DNA from: Vicugna vicugna | Taxonomy: Eukaryota | Length of the DNA: 64,000 nt | Assembly: GCA_013265495.1 (NCBI GenBank) | Contig: MU058221.1 | Coordinates: 2,728,001 to 2,792,000, forward strand | Reading direction: 5' to 3' | Shown: in pieces, positions 35,351 to 49,305 of the stretch | Layout: every line of letters begins with the position of its first letter | Numbering within the stretch: the stretch's first letter is position 1 | Notes under the pieces: model-generated | What the model saw: the letters and a program-made list of their open reading frames with translations, nothing else | Told to the model about the DNA's origin: nothing | Databases searched by the model: none | Program-made: the position numbers and the translations under genes

Positions 35351-35750
35351 GCATCACATCTATCAAAGCATATTCTTTTTCTTGCTTTCTTATTAAATTA
35401 GTTGCACATTTAAATTTGGGAAAGAGTTTTTAAAAAACTATCATTTTGTTTTAAGATATTAGGTCGCACATTGGCTTCTTAAATTTTAAATTTTGTTAAC
35501 TCCAGAGACATTAGTATCTAAGATCATGAGCACATTCCTCTTGTTTTGCATTCAGTTCCAAAATCCCATCTTTTTAAACTATGCACGGCAAAGTGCGAGC
35601 CCTGCCTATTCTTACATTTTGTTATTCAGAGAAAACGGCATTTGGTTGCCTGCTTTTGATGTGAAGACCTTTCCGGTTGCTCAGTTTCAGGGACCAGGGA
35701 TTATTTTATTGTCTGGAGGAACACAGCAGGGCAGTAAGGGAGTCCTATTG

Positions 35751-35864
35751 GTTTGTTAATTTATTAATTTAATTAATTTTTTTTTTGGTGGTAGTACCAG
35801 AGATTGAACCCAGGACATTGTGCACGCTAGGCACACACTACCACTGAGCTACCCCCTCTCCCCT
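35751..35864 (-). mobile_element. tRNA-derived SINE (Vic-1-like) with TSD
   Basis: gattgaacccaggac…ctaccactgagcta (B and A boxes on the minus strand). TSD agggagtcctattg (35737-35750) / agggagccctactg (35865-35878). Confidence 0.82.
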
Positions 35865-37184
35865 AGGGAGCCCTACTGAAATTAAAATTTTGTATTTAAA
35901 ATCCTGTGCCGTTTCATTTGCATAAACCCTTTTTCTCTCAGGTGCTCTTTTAGGTGAGTTTGCGTGATCCAGTCCAAGACCTCGCAAAGGGGTGCTTTCC
36001 AAAAGTTCCTTAGTAAAAATGAAAACTTCCAAGTCTCTGTTTTCACAACCGTTTTTCTCTTTTACTCAGAACAATATCAGCGTTCAGAAAGTACCACTTC
36101 TTGTGAATTTAAGAGAACGAAATATTAACATGTAAACATTCCGTTTATTTTTTTCTATTCTAATATCTATTTGAAATGAAAGACCTAGAGGAGGAAGGAA
36201 TCAGAAATGGATAAATAGTTGAGTGAGGAAATCGTATTGTCTGGGGTCCTTTAAGGAACATCTGTTATACTTTGCAATTTTCTTTCCAGTGTCCTCTAAG
36301 AACGAACGTTCCCTCTGAGTGGTTGGTTTAATGTAAGTAGGAGAGATGCGCAGGGACTGGGATTTGCTGAGAGTATCCTCCCAGCTCTCTTTCCTTAGGA
36401 ATTTAAAAATCAGAACTAGCTCTGGAAACTTCTTAAAAGGGTAGTCATTTCTTTTAATCCTTTATTAAGTGTTCATTGACTTTGGTATTTATAATTTCTT
36501 ACGTGTTACTGGATTACTTAAGACTACTTCCAAATTGGTTCTGTTTATTAGTGGGGGTGGGGGGGTGCACACACATGTGTGTATTTTCAGCTTTAGTTCT
36601 TTTCTTTCTTCAGAGCACTAAACTTTTTGAACATTTCCTTAGAATGCTACCTCTAAAGAATGGTTAAGGGACATAATCACAGATCTCACATTGGACATGA
36701 GAAAGACAAAATGGCATACTTGCAAAGCTGTGAGGGGCCAGACTGTATGTTTTCTCTAGGCTGGTGGAGAGGGAAGCCTCTCACCTTGCCTACTTGGATT
36801 CTACTTTGGACAACGGTGGAGCGTGGTCCCTGACCTTGACTCCAGTCTGAGGGAACCAGCTGCAGAATGGACTGCATTTCAGTTGTGAGGAACTCTGCGA
36901 CCCTCTTCACCTGACCAGTTTCCCATTGCATATACCGTGTGCATGACATGGTATTAGAAGACTGATGGGCTGATGTGTGTTCATTTTACAGTTTCCCTTA
37001 AATGCTTCCTTAATAAAAAAACAGGATCCAACTAACATCAGCCAAAGTGTGACTCTGGCCATGTCTAGAAACATTTCTGCTTTGTCAGTGTGGCTTCCTG
37101 TTCGTCTCTACAATCATTCTTAAAAGACTTTTTCATGCAATAAATCTGAAACATTGAAGCAAAGAAAGGGGTTGTTTTTTAATT

Positions 37185-37361
37185 TAGTGCTTCTCAATAT
37201 GTGGTTCCCCAAACTGGCAGTATTAGCATCACCTGGGAACTTGGTAGAAATGCAATTTCTTGGGCCCCAGACCCAGTGAATCAGAAACCCTGGAAGTGGA
37301 GACCAGCAGTTTCTATGACGTTGCAAGTCCTCCAGTTGACGTTCAAGTTTGAGAACCAGTA
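37185..37361. mobile_element. hAT-Charlie MITE (MER5A-like)
   Basis: tagtgcttctcaa…agcatcacctgggaacttggtagaaatgca…tgaatcagaaac…aagtttgagaacca. Confidence 0.85.
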
Positions 37362-37523
37362 TTGTAACTACAAAGTACAGTTTAAAAATACAATTTCCGT
37401 GCTATTAGGCATGTCTTCAGATGTGTGAGGGGACGGCTTATGAGGGTTAATGACCCTTCGATTGGTTTTTAAGTGTGTGAGTGGGGTAAAGTCATACAAA
37501 TTGTGTGTGCGTCCTCTCCACAG

Positions 37524-37724
37524 AAAACCACATCTTGGAGGATGTGAACAAGTGTGTGATCGCCCTTCAGGAGGGTGACGTGGACACCCTGGACAGGACC
37601 GCGGGGGCCATCAGGGGCCGGGCTGCTCGCGTGATACACATCATCAATGCGGAGATGGAGAACTACGAAGCCGGCGTTTACACTGAGAAGGTGCTGGAAG
37701 CTACGAAACTGCTCTCGGAGACAG
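37524..37724 (+). CDS. CTNNA2: Alpha-N-catenin coding exon (probable exon 12), (E)NHILEDVNKCVIALQEGDVDTLDRTAGAIRGRAARVIHIINAEMENYEAGVYTEKVLEATKLLSET(V)
   Basis: Acceptor tcctctccacag|, donor cag|gtaacc. 201 bp, phase 1/1, frame continuous with both neighbours. Confidence 0.97.
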
Positions 37725-38954
37725 GTAACCATGGATGTTAGATTTGGCCAAAATGTCAGGACCGTGATTAATTTCCATACCTGAATAAATCTGCTTCATT
37801 GTTTTTCCATAGGTCTTTCTGCTGCTGGATTACACATGATCACAAAAGGGGTGCTCTTTATTTTTTGAGTTTAGCCAATAACAATGTATTGTTTTGCGTG
37901 TATGTACTGCTCTGTGACTTTTATGCATTATCATTTGATTCTCACAAGGACCTTACAAAGTAGGCAGAGTTTTATGAGCTCCCATTACAGGTGTGAAAAT
38001 GGATTTTTGAATCAGTGAAGAGACTGGAAAAGAGTCACAACGCTTAAAAAAATATATAGTGGATATGTGATTGGAACTTGGAATCTTGAACTTGAAAAAC
38101 ATTTCTCCATCTATTCCTGGAGAAGAGAAAACTATTTTTCAGTAGTTTTTCCTCTTGACTAGTGTCTCTTGGCTTCAGACCCTTCCTAAAGTCCCTCACG
38201 CCTTGTGTCATTTGTGTATTTGGGGGAATGAGAAGAAAGAGGAGGTCCAGGAAAGGAGAGAAAAACCAAAGGGTAGAGAAAGGGAATTTAACTCTACACT
38301 GGATGGAGTTATGAATGGATAATGAAGCGAGTCCTATGCACTCACAGAAGGAACTCTCCTCAAATTCGGAGGAGGGTCTTCTCAGGTCTGGCCATGGACT
38401 TTGGAACCCACTGGGCTTTTTAAAAATAGACATGGTCTCTGTAAGGTCAGAAATGGCAGTGTTTCAAGTTCTACTTGCGAAGACATGCTGTAGAAACACG
38501 TTTCCTTCTCCAGAGGAAAGGTTATTGACAAAGACTTCTGTTAACATTGGTTAGTCTAGAACAGCAAGGGAAAACAACAGATACACAGACTGGTTGCTGT
38601 CTCTGAAATCTAAGCAGAAAAGGAAGAGTGTCATGTCACACAGTAAAGAGCACGTCTAGCGATTGTCCCTCTTGAGAATCCTCACGGACTTAGAATGAGA
38701 CATAATAACCATAACAGTAATAATAAGATATATCCACATTTTAATTGGCTGAAATTCAGCACTGTTTTCTTTCAAATAGGCTTGCCCTTAGCATTCATTA
38801 AGGCAATACAATGCAAGCCACACAGTATTTCTCTTCTCATTTGGAAGAATTAGAAACCTGTATTTTACTGTCCAATTTAAGGACTTTTTTTTTTTTTACC
38901 CTTAAGAAGAATCTCTCATATTTCTGGATCTCTCAGTTCCTAGCCCATTACTTT

Positions 38955-39757
38955 TTTTTTTAAATTGAGTTATAGTCAGTTTACAATGTCATGTCAATTT
39001 CTGGTGTACAGCACAATTTTTCAGTCATACATGAATATACATGTATTCTTCATATTCTTTTTCACCATGAGCTACTACAAGATCTTGTATGTACTTCTCT
39101 GTGCTATGCAGTATAAACTTGTTTATCTATTCTATATATACCTGCCAGTATCTACAAATCTCAAACTCCCAGTCTGTCCCTTCCCACTCCCCTCCCCTCT
39201 GGCAACCACAAGTTTGTATTGTATGGCTGTGAGTCTGTTTCTGTTTTATATTTAAGTTCATTATCTTCTTCTTCTTTTTTATTTTAGATTCCACATATGA
39301 GCGATCTCATATGGTATTTTTCTTTCTCTTTCTGGCTTACTTCACTTAGAATGACACTCTCCAGGGACATCCATGTTGCTGCAAATGGCATTGTGTTGTC
39401 ATTTTTATGGCTGAATAATATTCCATCATATAAATATACCACTTCTTCTTTATCCAGTCATCTGCTGATGGACATTTAGGCTGTTTCCATGTCTTGGCTA
39501 TTGTAAATAGTGCTGCTATGAACATTGGGGTGCAGGTGTCTTTTTGAAGTAGGATTCCTTCTGGATATATGCCCAGGAGCAGGATTCCTGGGTCATAGCA
39601 GGATTCCCATAGGATAAGTCTATTCCTAGTCTTTTGAGGACTCTCCACACTGTTTTCCACAGTGGCTGCACCAAGCTGCATTCCCACCAGCAGTGCAGGA
39701 GGGCTCCCTTTTCCCCACGGCCTCTCCAGCATGTGTCACTTGTGGACCTTTGAATGA
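38955..39757 (-). mobile_element. 5'-truncated LINE-1 (~800 bp, comparatively young) with TSD
   Basis: Minus-strand translation KDTCTPMFIAALFTIAKTWKQPKCPSADDWIKKKWYIYMMEYYSAIK is the ORF2 C-terminus. Poly(T) at 38952. TSD tcctagcccattacttt (38938-38954) / tcctagcccactacttt (39758-39774). Confidence 0.95.
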
Positions 39758-40157
39758 TCCTAGCCCACTACTTTCATTTTGTTGCAAAGTTGCAGCTTCC
39801 CCTGGTGCTTCTGACGCTCAGCAGCACTTCCTTGCGTCAGACCCTGGGTAAGTCGTGTCAGAGCCGCGGGGAGGACGCGGAGACAGAGCTCTCCGCTCAG
39901 GCCTGCTCATGGCCTGTCGGAAGGATAACTGTGGCCGATGAGCCACAGAGCACGTTGCTGACCTGCAGGGTGACTTTGTGCACACAGAGAAGTCAGGCAG
40001 CGTTCAAGAGGCATTATGGGATTTTTTTCTTACTGCGTCTTGGGGGGCCTTGATGAACAGGAGGAGGGGTACCCATTAGCTTGAAATCTACGTAAAGGCA
40101 AGGACAGTGTGCTTAGTTGATTGAATTCTTTTTGACATAATTTTCACCTGGAGTCTT

Positions 40158-40452
40158 TATTTATGTATTTATTTATTCGTTTATTTGTATTGAAGTATAG
40201 TCAATTTACAACGTTGTGTTAATTTCTGGGGTACAGCATGATGATTCAGTTGTATGTGTTTCTTTTCCTCCTCTTCTTCATCACAGGCCATTACAAGGTA
40301 TTGAACAGAGCCCCCTGGGCTACACAGCAGGGCCCTGCTGTTTCTCTGTGTTACTTATAGTAGTATCTGCATTCCTGAACTCCCGATTTATCCCTCCACC
40401 CCCACGCCCCCTCATTCTATGGCTTTAAGTCTGTTTCTGTTCTGTAAATAAG
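40158..40452 (-). mobile_element. LINE-1 3' UTR fragment with TSD
   Basis: attgaagtatagtcaatttacaacgttgtgttaatttctggggtacagc. TSD tcacctggagtctt (40144-40157) / tcacctaaagtctt (40453-40466). Confidence 0.85.
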
Positions 40453-41569
40453 TCACCTAAAGTCTTAAAATGTAAATAATATTCTGGCTGAATTTTTTTT
40501 TAACTAAAAACAAAAAAATCAGTGAAACAGAGCAATCCATCCTGGATGGCTGTTGCTAGTCAAGATTTTGTTCTTGTTTATTAATTGTCAGAGCTTTTAA
40601 AATTCTCCTCCCAGCCCTTCCTGGCCGTGATTGAATACTCTGGGCACGGAACTAAAGGTGCCTTCCTGATTCTGAGGTCCACATCCAATTCTTATTTGAG
40701 CAGCGAAGATGAGCAAGACATTTGGATCCTTCCTATGTTTCAGGATCTGTTGACGATGACTAGGGAAGCAGCCAGGTAAAAGCGACTGACATAGGCAGTT
40801 TGTAAATAACTAGCAGGAAATGCAGGAATGCCTGTCAGGGGAAAGTGTATATTAGTGGGCTAACAACTGGAACATACAAGACACATCAGTTACGTTGCTT
40901 CTGTCCCCAGTTGTTCTTTATCCTAAACAAGAACAATATTGGTTCTTTATGAGTAACTGGAGAGGCTGTCAAAGAAATGAAGGCAGAAAAACTTTAGCTG
41001 TTAACACACTGGTTGCTAATTAAAATTTCTGGAGAGTGTCCTAGACACAGGGAGTTTGAGGAAGAACCTAAGATCAGCTCTGTGACTGTGGGTTCCCGAG
41101 TTTTGTTGTTTATATGGATTTTACAGACTGGGTCAGTCCCCTTGTTGGCGTCTGTCTGTGAGAAGGAGGCCCACATCTTCAAAATAAAACCCCTCTAGAC
41201 GTATCACTAATACCCAGATTTCTACCTTTGGGCTCATGTTTTGCTCCTGGCTTTTTTCAAAAAAAAATCTTAGAGCACCATAGAATTGGTCCCTTTTTTT
41301 TTATATAAGCTTATCACACTTTGTCCTGAGAATACATTTTCTTTTGGGGAGAACACAAGGCAGTGGGCAACGAGCAGAAGGTGCCAAGAAGAAGGATGAG
41401 GAAAAAAGAAATGATTTGTCTAGGGTGAAAGTACTTAGGAGTAGAATTTCTGGGTCATAAAAATAGGTGTCGAGGACATGGGAGACAAAATGTCATGTTT
41501 TCGTTTGCCTTGTCACACCAACCTGCCAGGTTCTGCCCGGTTTTGTATCTGCGTTGTTAGATTCAACCC

Positions 41570-41806
41570 TGAGGCAGAAGCTCGCCAAGTCTGTATCACT
41601 GACACCTGGGTCTTGCGAATTCTTCCTTGGGGTGGAGGAGGCGACCCTGTGCGTTACAGGGCACGTGGCAGCCTCCCTGACCTCACCCTGCCAGCGGCTT
41701 GTGGGACCTCTTCCCTTTCTCACTCCAAGTTGTAACCATCAAAGTGTCTCTAGATGTTGCTGGATGTCCTTGGGGTGGATAAAATAAACTCCACTGAAAG
41801 TAACTG
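41570..41806. mobile_element. hAT-Charlie MITE (MER20-like)
   Basis: cactgacacctggg…aattcttccttgggg…ccctgtgcgttacaggg…ggcagcctccctgacctc…agttgtaaccatcaaagtgtctctagatgttgc. Confidence 0.75.
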
Positions 41807-42842
41807 CCACAAGGGAAAGAAATTGTCCAAAATAGGAGCAAGTTTAAACAAGGCAAAATTGAGCCCATACACTATGGCCACAGGGTCTGGTAAAGGGAGT
41901 GGAGTGAGAGCCTATTACAAAAAAGCAGCAAAAAAAAAAAAATTAAATAAAAAGAATGGAAAAAGACAGCATGCTCAACAAGTCTTGACTAGACCAGACT
42001 CTGCTGCTAAAGGAGTTTGCAAACACAGGCCAGCTCCTGTTTGAACATCTAAATGAGGCAGGGGGAGAGTGGTCCCTCCTTTCCCGCCTGACTACCTTCG
42101 CTGAGTGCCTGGAAGCCGAGCGGGACCCAGACAGTGACAAGACCGTCTGTAGTTTATTCTCCATCAATCGTTTGACTTAGTAGAGAGTAAGTACGTTTTG
42201 TTGAAGAGCGCTGTTTTTGTTGCCAAGAATGCTGAGTTACATTTGAAAAAAACAATTTTGTAGATTATTAGTATGCTCAACATTTTAGGGCAACATTATA
42301 TAAAAATGTACCTACTTATTTTTTATAAAACGCATCCGGGCTGATGGAAACGCAATGAACTTGAAGTACAACGGAGCCATTAAATAGCTTACATATTAGA
42401 TGGGCTCTTCAGTAAAGCCTGAATTATAACCAGTTGCCAACAGCTTGGGAGTGAGCGCGCCCCTGCTGACACCCGCCTTCCGAGAGATCTCGTTTACAAC
42501 GTCAGGTCGCAGTGGAACGTTGAGGAGGGGAGAAAGGACATTCAGTGGTATGACATTTAGATATACCGAGAGTCGCTCGTTCTTCACTGAATGGGTTATA
42601 TTGCAATGCCATTCTTGTAAAATTTGATAGCTGATGCAAGTTGGTGTCATCGTGAACGTGATCAGGTTGAGAGAGAGATCTTTGAGACGGTGCCCGCAAT
42701 TCCCTTTTTAGATGGGACGAGAAAAGAACAGGAAAAAAATAAAGGATTTTTAACGAGGATGTTGATATCGAGCCCTTTGTATATGGAGATTAAATTTCCA
42801 GTGTTGCAGAGAACACATGAGCCAAACAGATGGTATAATTTT

Positions 42843-43296
42843 TTTATTAAGACGTTTTTTAAAGAATAACTTGATGTTCATAGCAAAATTGAGGGAAAGG
42901 TACAGAGAATTCTCATAGTCCCCTAGACTCTGTACACACATAGCTTCCTCCGTTATCAACCTCCCCCACCAGAGTGGCACATTTGTTACCATCGATGAAC
43001 CTACATTGACACGTTCCAATCACCCCAAGTCCACAGCTAAGATGATGATTAACTCTTGGTGTATATTCTGGTGCATTTGGACTAACGCTTGATGACACGT
43101 GTCCATCATTAAGGTATCATGCAGTGTATTTTTCACTGTCCTAGAAATCCATTACACTCCATCTATTCATCCCCCCCCCAATCCCCTAGCAACCGCTGAT
43201 CTTTTCACTGTCTCCATAGTTTCGCCATTTCTAGAAGGTCATATAGTGGGAATCATACAGTACGTAGCTTTTTGAGATTGCCTTTTCACTTAGTAG
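42843..43296 (-). mobile_element. Old mammalian LINE-1 3' end (L1MC-like) with TSD
   Basis: catttgttaccatcgatgaacctacattgacac…cttttcactgtctccatagtt…ggaatcatacagta. TSD agatggtataatttt (42828-42842) / agatggtgtaatttt (43297-43311). Confidence 0.85.
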
Positions 43297-45713
43297 AGAT
43301 GGTGTAATTTTTCCTTTCATGCTTCTGTAATGTAAAGGTTTCATAAAGGAGATTTTTTTTTTACATCAGTCTTATGTATTGTGTGTAAGTGTAAGAGGGT
43401 CAGCAAATAGAAAGCACCCAACCTGGAAGTAATAATGAGGGGAGCCGTGTGTCGGTACAACGTGGTAGAACAAATCCAGCTACGGAATCAGAAGGACTGA
43501 ATTCCTCGACTTCTGCCCCCTGAGTGTGGCCTCACGCAAATTAGTGCCCCCGAGCCTCAACATCTCATGTACTGCCTGAGGTTTTGTCATCCAAGTGTGG
43601 CCAGTCGGATTAACCTTGGGATGTACGTTGCACTGTTTCCTGGCTTCCTGATGACTGCGCTCAACGTGGACAGTCATTGCTCACGAGTCCTCTGTATAAA
43701 TAAACCCTCTGCTCCGGGTGGACAGGTGCGCTCATGATTCTGCAGGCAAAACACATGCAGGCTGTTCCCACTTTCCGTCCTGTCATCTCTTCCATGTCTC
43801 CCTCCTCCTCTACATCTGTGTGTTGAATTTATCCTTTAGGATCTGACTCAGGTCTCAGCTGGAGACAACAAGGATGTATGTCTTTGAGTCTTTGGACGTT
43901 TAGTGGGTCCCCAATGAGACTGTTAGCTCCTAGAGGAAAGTGTGTCTGTAGTAAGTGCCCAGGGTCCACAGCAGTGTTATCACATCATTAGCTTTTAATA
44001 TGTAGACATTGGTTTAATGAATATAAAAACTTAGGATATGATTTTTTTTTCAGTAGAGCGTACCACTAACAGTCCCAGGCCTACAGCTCAAGATTCCAAG
44101 ATTAATAGAGTTCTTTTCCTCTTATTTCCTATGCATCAGCAGAGAGCAATCTTAGGGTATGCTTATCCCACTGGACCAATGTCTGTTGTTAGTGGGGTCA
44201 AGTTCAATGACTGGACAGGTCTGGGGGAACGGCTCATTCCTGCGGCTGGAGGTGGGGGGTGCAGACAGAAGTAAGATCATTACCAGAAGTAGGTGGTAGG
44301 AACAGATTATTGGGAAGACAAATATATATATATGTATTATGGACAGGAAGGACTGTTACAGTCCATTACTTCTCCATGACTGACCCTGAAATTAGATTAT
44401 GAAAGTAAGGAATTTCAACATAAGCTGTAATGACAGATTATTCAGCCTAGACCTCCTAATATATTTTAAATGTATTTTAATATAACCCTTGGCTATTCGC
44501 GTAAAGCATTTTATTTCTCTCTGAAAGGTCAGAATGATTACCATATGGCAGAAATGTCTTACTTGGTGGTGGCTGTGGTCTTCAGCGGAGGTGGGAAGTC
44601 AGAAGTGTAGGAAGAACGAGAAGGAAACTGCATTCACATAGTAGCCCTTAAGCAGGCGGTGTGCAGTTTGTCTCAAAGCCTCTCCCATACGACTGAAACC
44701 TACATGCTCCGTAGACTGTAGGCATCTGGCTGATGGCTGTTGATATCTATATTTATTCATTTTATCCTGAAAGCAAATGCTCAGGGCAGTGGGACGAGGG
44801 CAGAAGAATTCTGAGAAAACACAGCTTGAGAAAGTGAGAGAAACAATTTTAGCTTAATAATAAACCTCTAACGTGGAAGAGGGGATGGGACAAGGTGGAC
44901 AAAGAAAGACTCACAGTTACACATTTATGTGCCATCAGTTTGGAGCAACACTGTGGAAGAAAGAGCATTTTTCTAGGACCCGGTTGTCAAAGTAAAACCA
45001 AAAAGAAGGCATGAATTTCCAGCGGGGCATGAGGCACGTCTCAGGCTCAGCATCCTGCGGACCGACGAGGACATGCTACTTCTCTCTCACTTCAAGGCCG
45101 TCGGGGACCAGCATGCATGGCGGTGGCAGTGGAGGAGCAGAAGGACCTGTGTCTTTTGTTGGGGAGGGCCAGAGCTGGAGCCCACGGGACCTGGTGGCCG
45201 GGATGTATTAACTGTGCGCAACTGAGACGGCCGTCAGTTCCTTTGACCCAGAATCCCTCCCGCGTCGGTGATGGGTGTCTGAATCAAAGGAAGGAGGAAT
45301 ATGCCAACAGTTACTTGTTTGGGGGCACATGCAGCACAGCATTAGAATAGTCCTGGAATAGTTTTTTTCAAGGAAAAATAAGACGCTTTCTTGTAGCTGG
45401 AGGACCTGAAATAACAGATGGCTATAAGACCCAGAAAAATCCTGTGTATTCTGATCAAAGTGACCCCCGAATGACCTCCCTGCCTGATTTTCCTTTCTGT
45501 GTTTTACACATTCTCCAGCACGAGCGGGTTTCCTCCTAGAGGAGAAGTCTGCTCTCTGACCATACGAGCCAGTCCCACTCCTCTGTGCTGTTTTCCATCG
45601 TCACCCAGTAGGCGCCTACCATGTTCTGCCCTGTGTTGCACACTCTGTGTTTGCCTGCATGTCTGTCTTAATGCATCTGTTTTCTCTGTCTGCTTTCTGC
45701 TTTTTATCTAGAG

Positions 45714-45715
<2 letters not shown>

Positions 45716-45761
<46 letters not shown>
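45716..45761. repeat. (GT)23 perfect microsatellite
   Basis: Uninterrupted run seen directly; likely polymorphic. Confidence 0.95.
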
Positions 45762-45762
<1 letters not shown>

Positions 45763-48700
45763 GCTTCCTAATTTAATATTAACCCCTTGAGATCGGAGAC
45801 TACCTTTTCATTTCCTCCAGCCTTGATTAGAGCTGAAGCTCAAAGCTGTTTATTAATGTAAATGAAAAACAACTGATGCAATATAATACCTTATTTTAGG
45901 ATTGTTTTTTTAAATCACATGCTTAATGATCAAGATCAGAATCTTTTAGATCAAGAGCGGTAAATGCCTAGCGATTGTTTTGTATCTTAATTTTTTAAAC
46001 CTCACGGATGCCAAAATTAACTATTTACCAAGCTTGGTTTCCACAAATACTGTCAGCTAAATAGGGCGTCATGTTCAATTCTTTACTCCTTCCTTAAGTT
46101 TCAGAATTAAATGTGCCATCCTTTCCTCTTAACTTATAAACCATTTGTGATTATTTTTGAAATGCTTATTTTAAAATATAGGAACTTTCCAAGCCAGCCT
46201 TTTCTTCCCCTGGGGAAAGGCATTTGTGTCTAGACAAAAGCAGATGGATGCTGCCCGAGTCTCTTAGGGTGGATACCGTGGATGGAATTTAGAGGATTTT
46301 TTTTCTCTTCTTCTAAGCAGTCCTTTTTCATCTTTCATCAAACAATTCAGCTCATGGGTTATGTATGGCCTTCTGGAACTTGAATTTGATTTTGGTGTTT
46401 GAAATGTACATGATAATTTTCCAAACATGAATTTATGAAAATGGCAGCCTTTAGGAACTCCAGCGGAGGGAGCAGATGACTGGCTCTGACGAAAGAGAAG
46501 TCCAAGAATGCACATGGTGTGGATCAGGACTTGCCAGGAAGATGCTGATGGTTGCAGAGGTAGAAACAGCTGATGAGTAGTCACCAGGGAATGGGGGGAA
46601 GAGCAAGCTGTATTTCTTTTGTGCTGGCTCCTGGCTTCCAGGACTCACATCTAACTTGATTAACAGTTACCAAGAGAAAGCACAGTAAAGCTAGTGTATC
46701 ACTTGGACTAGACAGAATATGATTTAAATTTAGAGAACTTAAATATTATTTCTCCACTCCACCCTTCACATTAAAAAAAAACACTTGAGGACCCTTTAAT
46801 CAAGATTCAAATTCAGTCAGTCAGCTAATATAAAAATAGTGGTGTATGTTTGAGAAAGAAGGAAAATACTTTCACAAGAATATTAGGTTAAGCCGGGAGG
46901 TTTTTTAGAAAGAGTCTCTAATTTGAGCACAAAGTGACTGGAGAGAGGAATTGGAACAGAAGAGGACAGATTTGAGAAAGTACATAGAGAAACAAGACAG
47001 AGCTAGCTACTAGTAATTCAAAGACAACAGTGCACACGTCAGAGGGAAGAAGAAAACTGATAATGTAACTAAGGAACATTTCATTTGACTTAGGATCAAA
47101 GACTCAAACGTTAATCTCAGAAGAAGCTGAGTGGTGATGAAAATTATGACCCATATTCGAGCAAGCGTGCAAAATTAACATCAAAAGTAAAGGTGTGGAG
47201 GATACAGGAAACCCTAGCCAAGTGCTTCAACAAGATTATGGCCACTCTTGTACTTGTAAGAAAGTGTCTACTTCTGCTAAGCGTGTACGGGTCTATAAAT
47301 CACATGCAGTAATGAAAGGGCCACTCTTCGTGAGGTAGACTTAGAGATCCATGTGAGTATTTCCTTCTTGTCCAGTACGTAGAAACCTAAGCAGCCCTAA
47401 AAAAAGATTCTGAGTTCAGGATTTTGAAAGGTCCCTGTTTGGAATGGGGAGAGGTCCCCTAGAATATCCTCTAATGACTTGAAGTTCTTTACTCAAGTGA
47501 CTGAGTCAACGTGAATTGGTGGCTAGATGCTACGGTCTGTCCTCCATCATTCTTGAGTGGTACCGAGGCAACAGATGTGTTGCTACAGCTTCAGTCTGTG
47601 TCAGTTCTTGCTTCTACAACTGAACATGGCTTGGAGCTTCAGCCTCAAACAGGATCCTCACTCTCTGATGATGCTTCATGGATGTGCTGAGCTGTCAGAG
47701 TACGCACAGAGTCTGTAAATGTCAGTCAGACTTTCTGTGGGCAAATTCAGGCCCCCAGTGGCTGCCAGCATTCTCTCCTTTATGTCCTCTTCTCCTCTTA
47801 ACCCCCACATCTAATCGAGGGGCGGGGGGCACTGAAATAAAAATTCCTTAGCAGAGTCTGATAGAAACCATTTTTAGGAAAAAATGCGTTACTTACAAAG
47901 AACACCATCAAGTCGTACTTTCCTGATGGAGGGGGATACTGGAATTGCCACCCCTCCAAGAGTCCCCACATCAGTACTTTCTGGCTCCAGTTACTCTCAT
48001 GACAGCCAAATTCATGACCTAACTTCCGCTCTTAAAATGAAGGCATAGCGCCTGTCTGTGATGGCAGCAAGGGTACTTCTACAGGTCCTGGCAGTGGAAC
48101 TGGCCACAACTCAATCCCGGTCCTGATGCATTATTAGCTTTCTAGATTTTTTTTTCAAATACTCTTATTTTTTATATTAACACATACTAGATTAGTTATT
48201 TCTATAGATCAGGGGCCTGGTCTTGGTCTGTTTTCTCTTCTCTGTCCCTATAATAAAACGTACTTGAGGAACATACTCAAGGGAGTGTGCTGTTGGACTT
48301 CACCGCAATCAGGTGACCCCTGTGCATGCAGATATGATAGTCTGGGCTCAGTGAACCAGTCAAGGGTACAACAATGAGCCTTTCTCCATGCTCAGTGGTG
48401 AAGAACCTACTTAAGCAGCCCTGAAAGGTTTCTGAAGGATCCCTCGAGACCAAGCCAAGAATGTCCACTCATAACTGGGTTAATGACTCATGAAACCCTT
48501 TAATAAAATTAGTGGACTAATAGAAAATGATGGGCAGAAAGAGAGAGACTTGATAGGTGAAATGTGACACTGCTCTTTTTGTCTCTGAAGTGCTCGATGA
48601 CAAATGGCTTCCTCCCTACACCCCCTTCTTTTCGTTCCCATTCTCCTCCCCGCTGGGTGGGTGAGCTGTGCTAGAAGCAAAATGAGGGCTGAAGATGCAA

Positions 48701-49164
48701 TCAGTGAAGAAGAGATGGTCGCTGCCGGAAAGTGATTCCCGTGTGAAACGTGAACCCAAACGACCCGAATGCAGTGTACTTAATAGTCTAATAGCGCGTG
48801 CATAATTAGGGTGCCATGCAGTGGTGGAGAACCACCAACTTCGGAGAGTCTGGGGGCCAAGGAAGGCTTCACAGTGATGGTCAATTCTAAACTGGGAATT
48901 GACAATTGAGGAGGTATTCACCAGGGCCAAAGAAAGAAGAACATTTTGGTATGAGAGAAAAAACCAATCACGGACATGTTGGCATGACATAGAAGAGGTC
49001 CCTGACACATCTGAAGACATAAATAATTCAGCCTCATTGGAACACTTGAGTATGTGTAGGAGTAGGTGTGGAGACAGAGACAGATAGAAATTAGAGGCAG
49101 GTGTCAGATGTTTGAGTTCGTATCTTGATAAAGAACTTTTCTAGTCCCCTCTCTGTCAAAGGGA

Positions 49165-49305
49165 AGCATGGATAGGCAACAAGGTCCTGCTGTGTAGCAC
49201 AGGGGGCTGTGTTCAGTGCCTTGCGATGGGCTGTAATGGAGAAGAATGAGAAGAGAATCTGTAGACAGGGATAACTGAATCGCTGTGCTGTGAAACCCTG
49301 TGCTC
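49165..49305 (+). mobile_element. LINE-1 3' UTR fragment
   Basis: tggataggcaacaaggtcctgctgtgtagcacaggg…ataactgaatcgctgtgctgt. Confidence 0.75.

Noticed and set aside
3402..35864. tRNA genes at 3402, 17546, 22621, 25999 and 35751
   Set aside because: A/B boxes are present, but the copies are mutually diverged with AT-rich tails and, in two cases, TSDs: tRNA-derived SINEs rather than tRNA genes.
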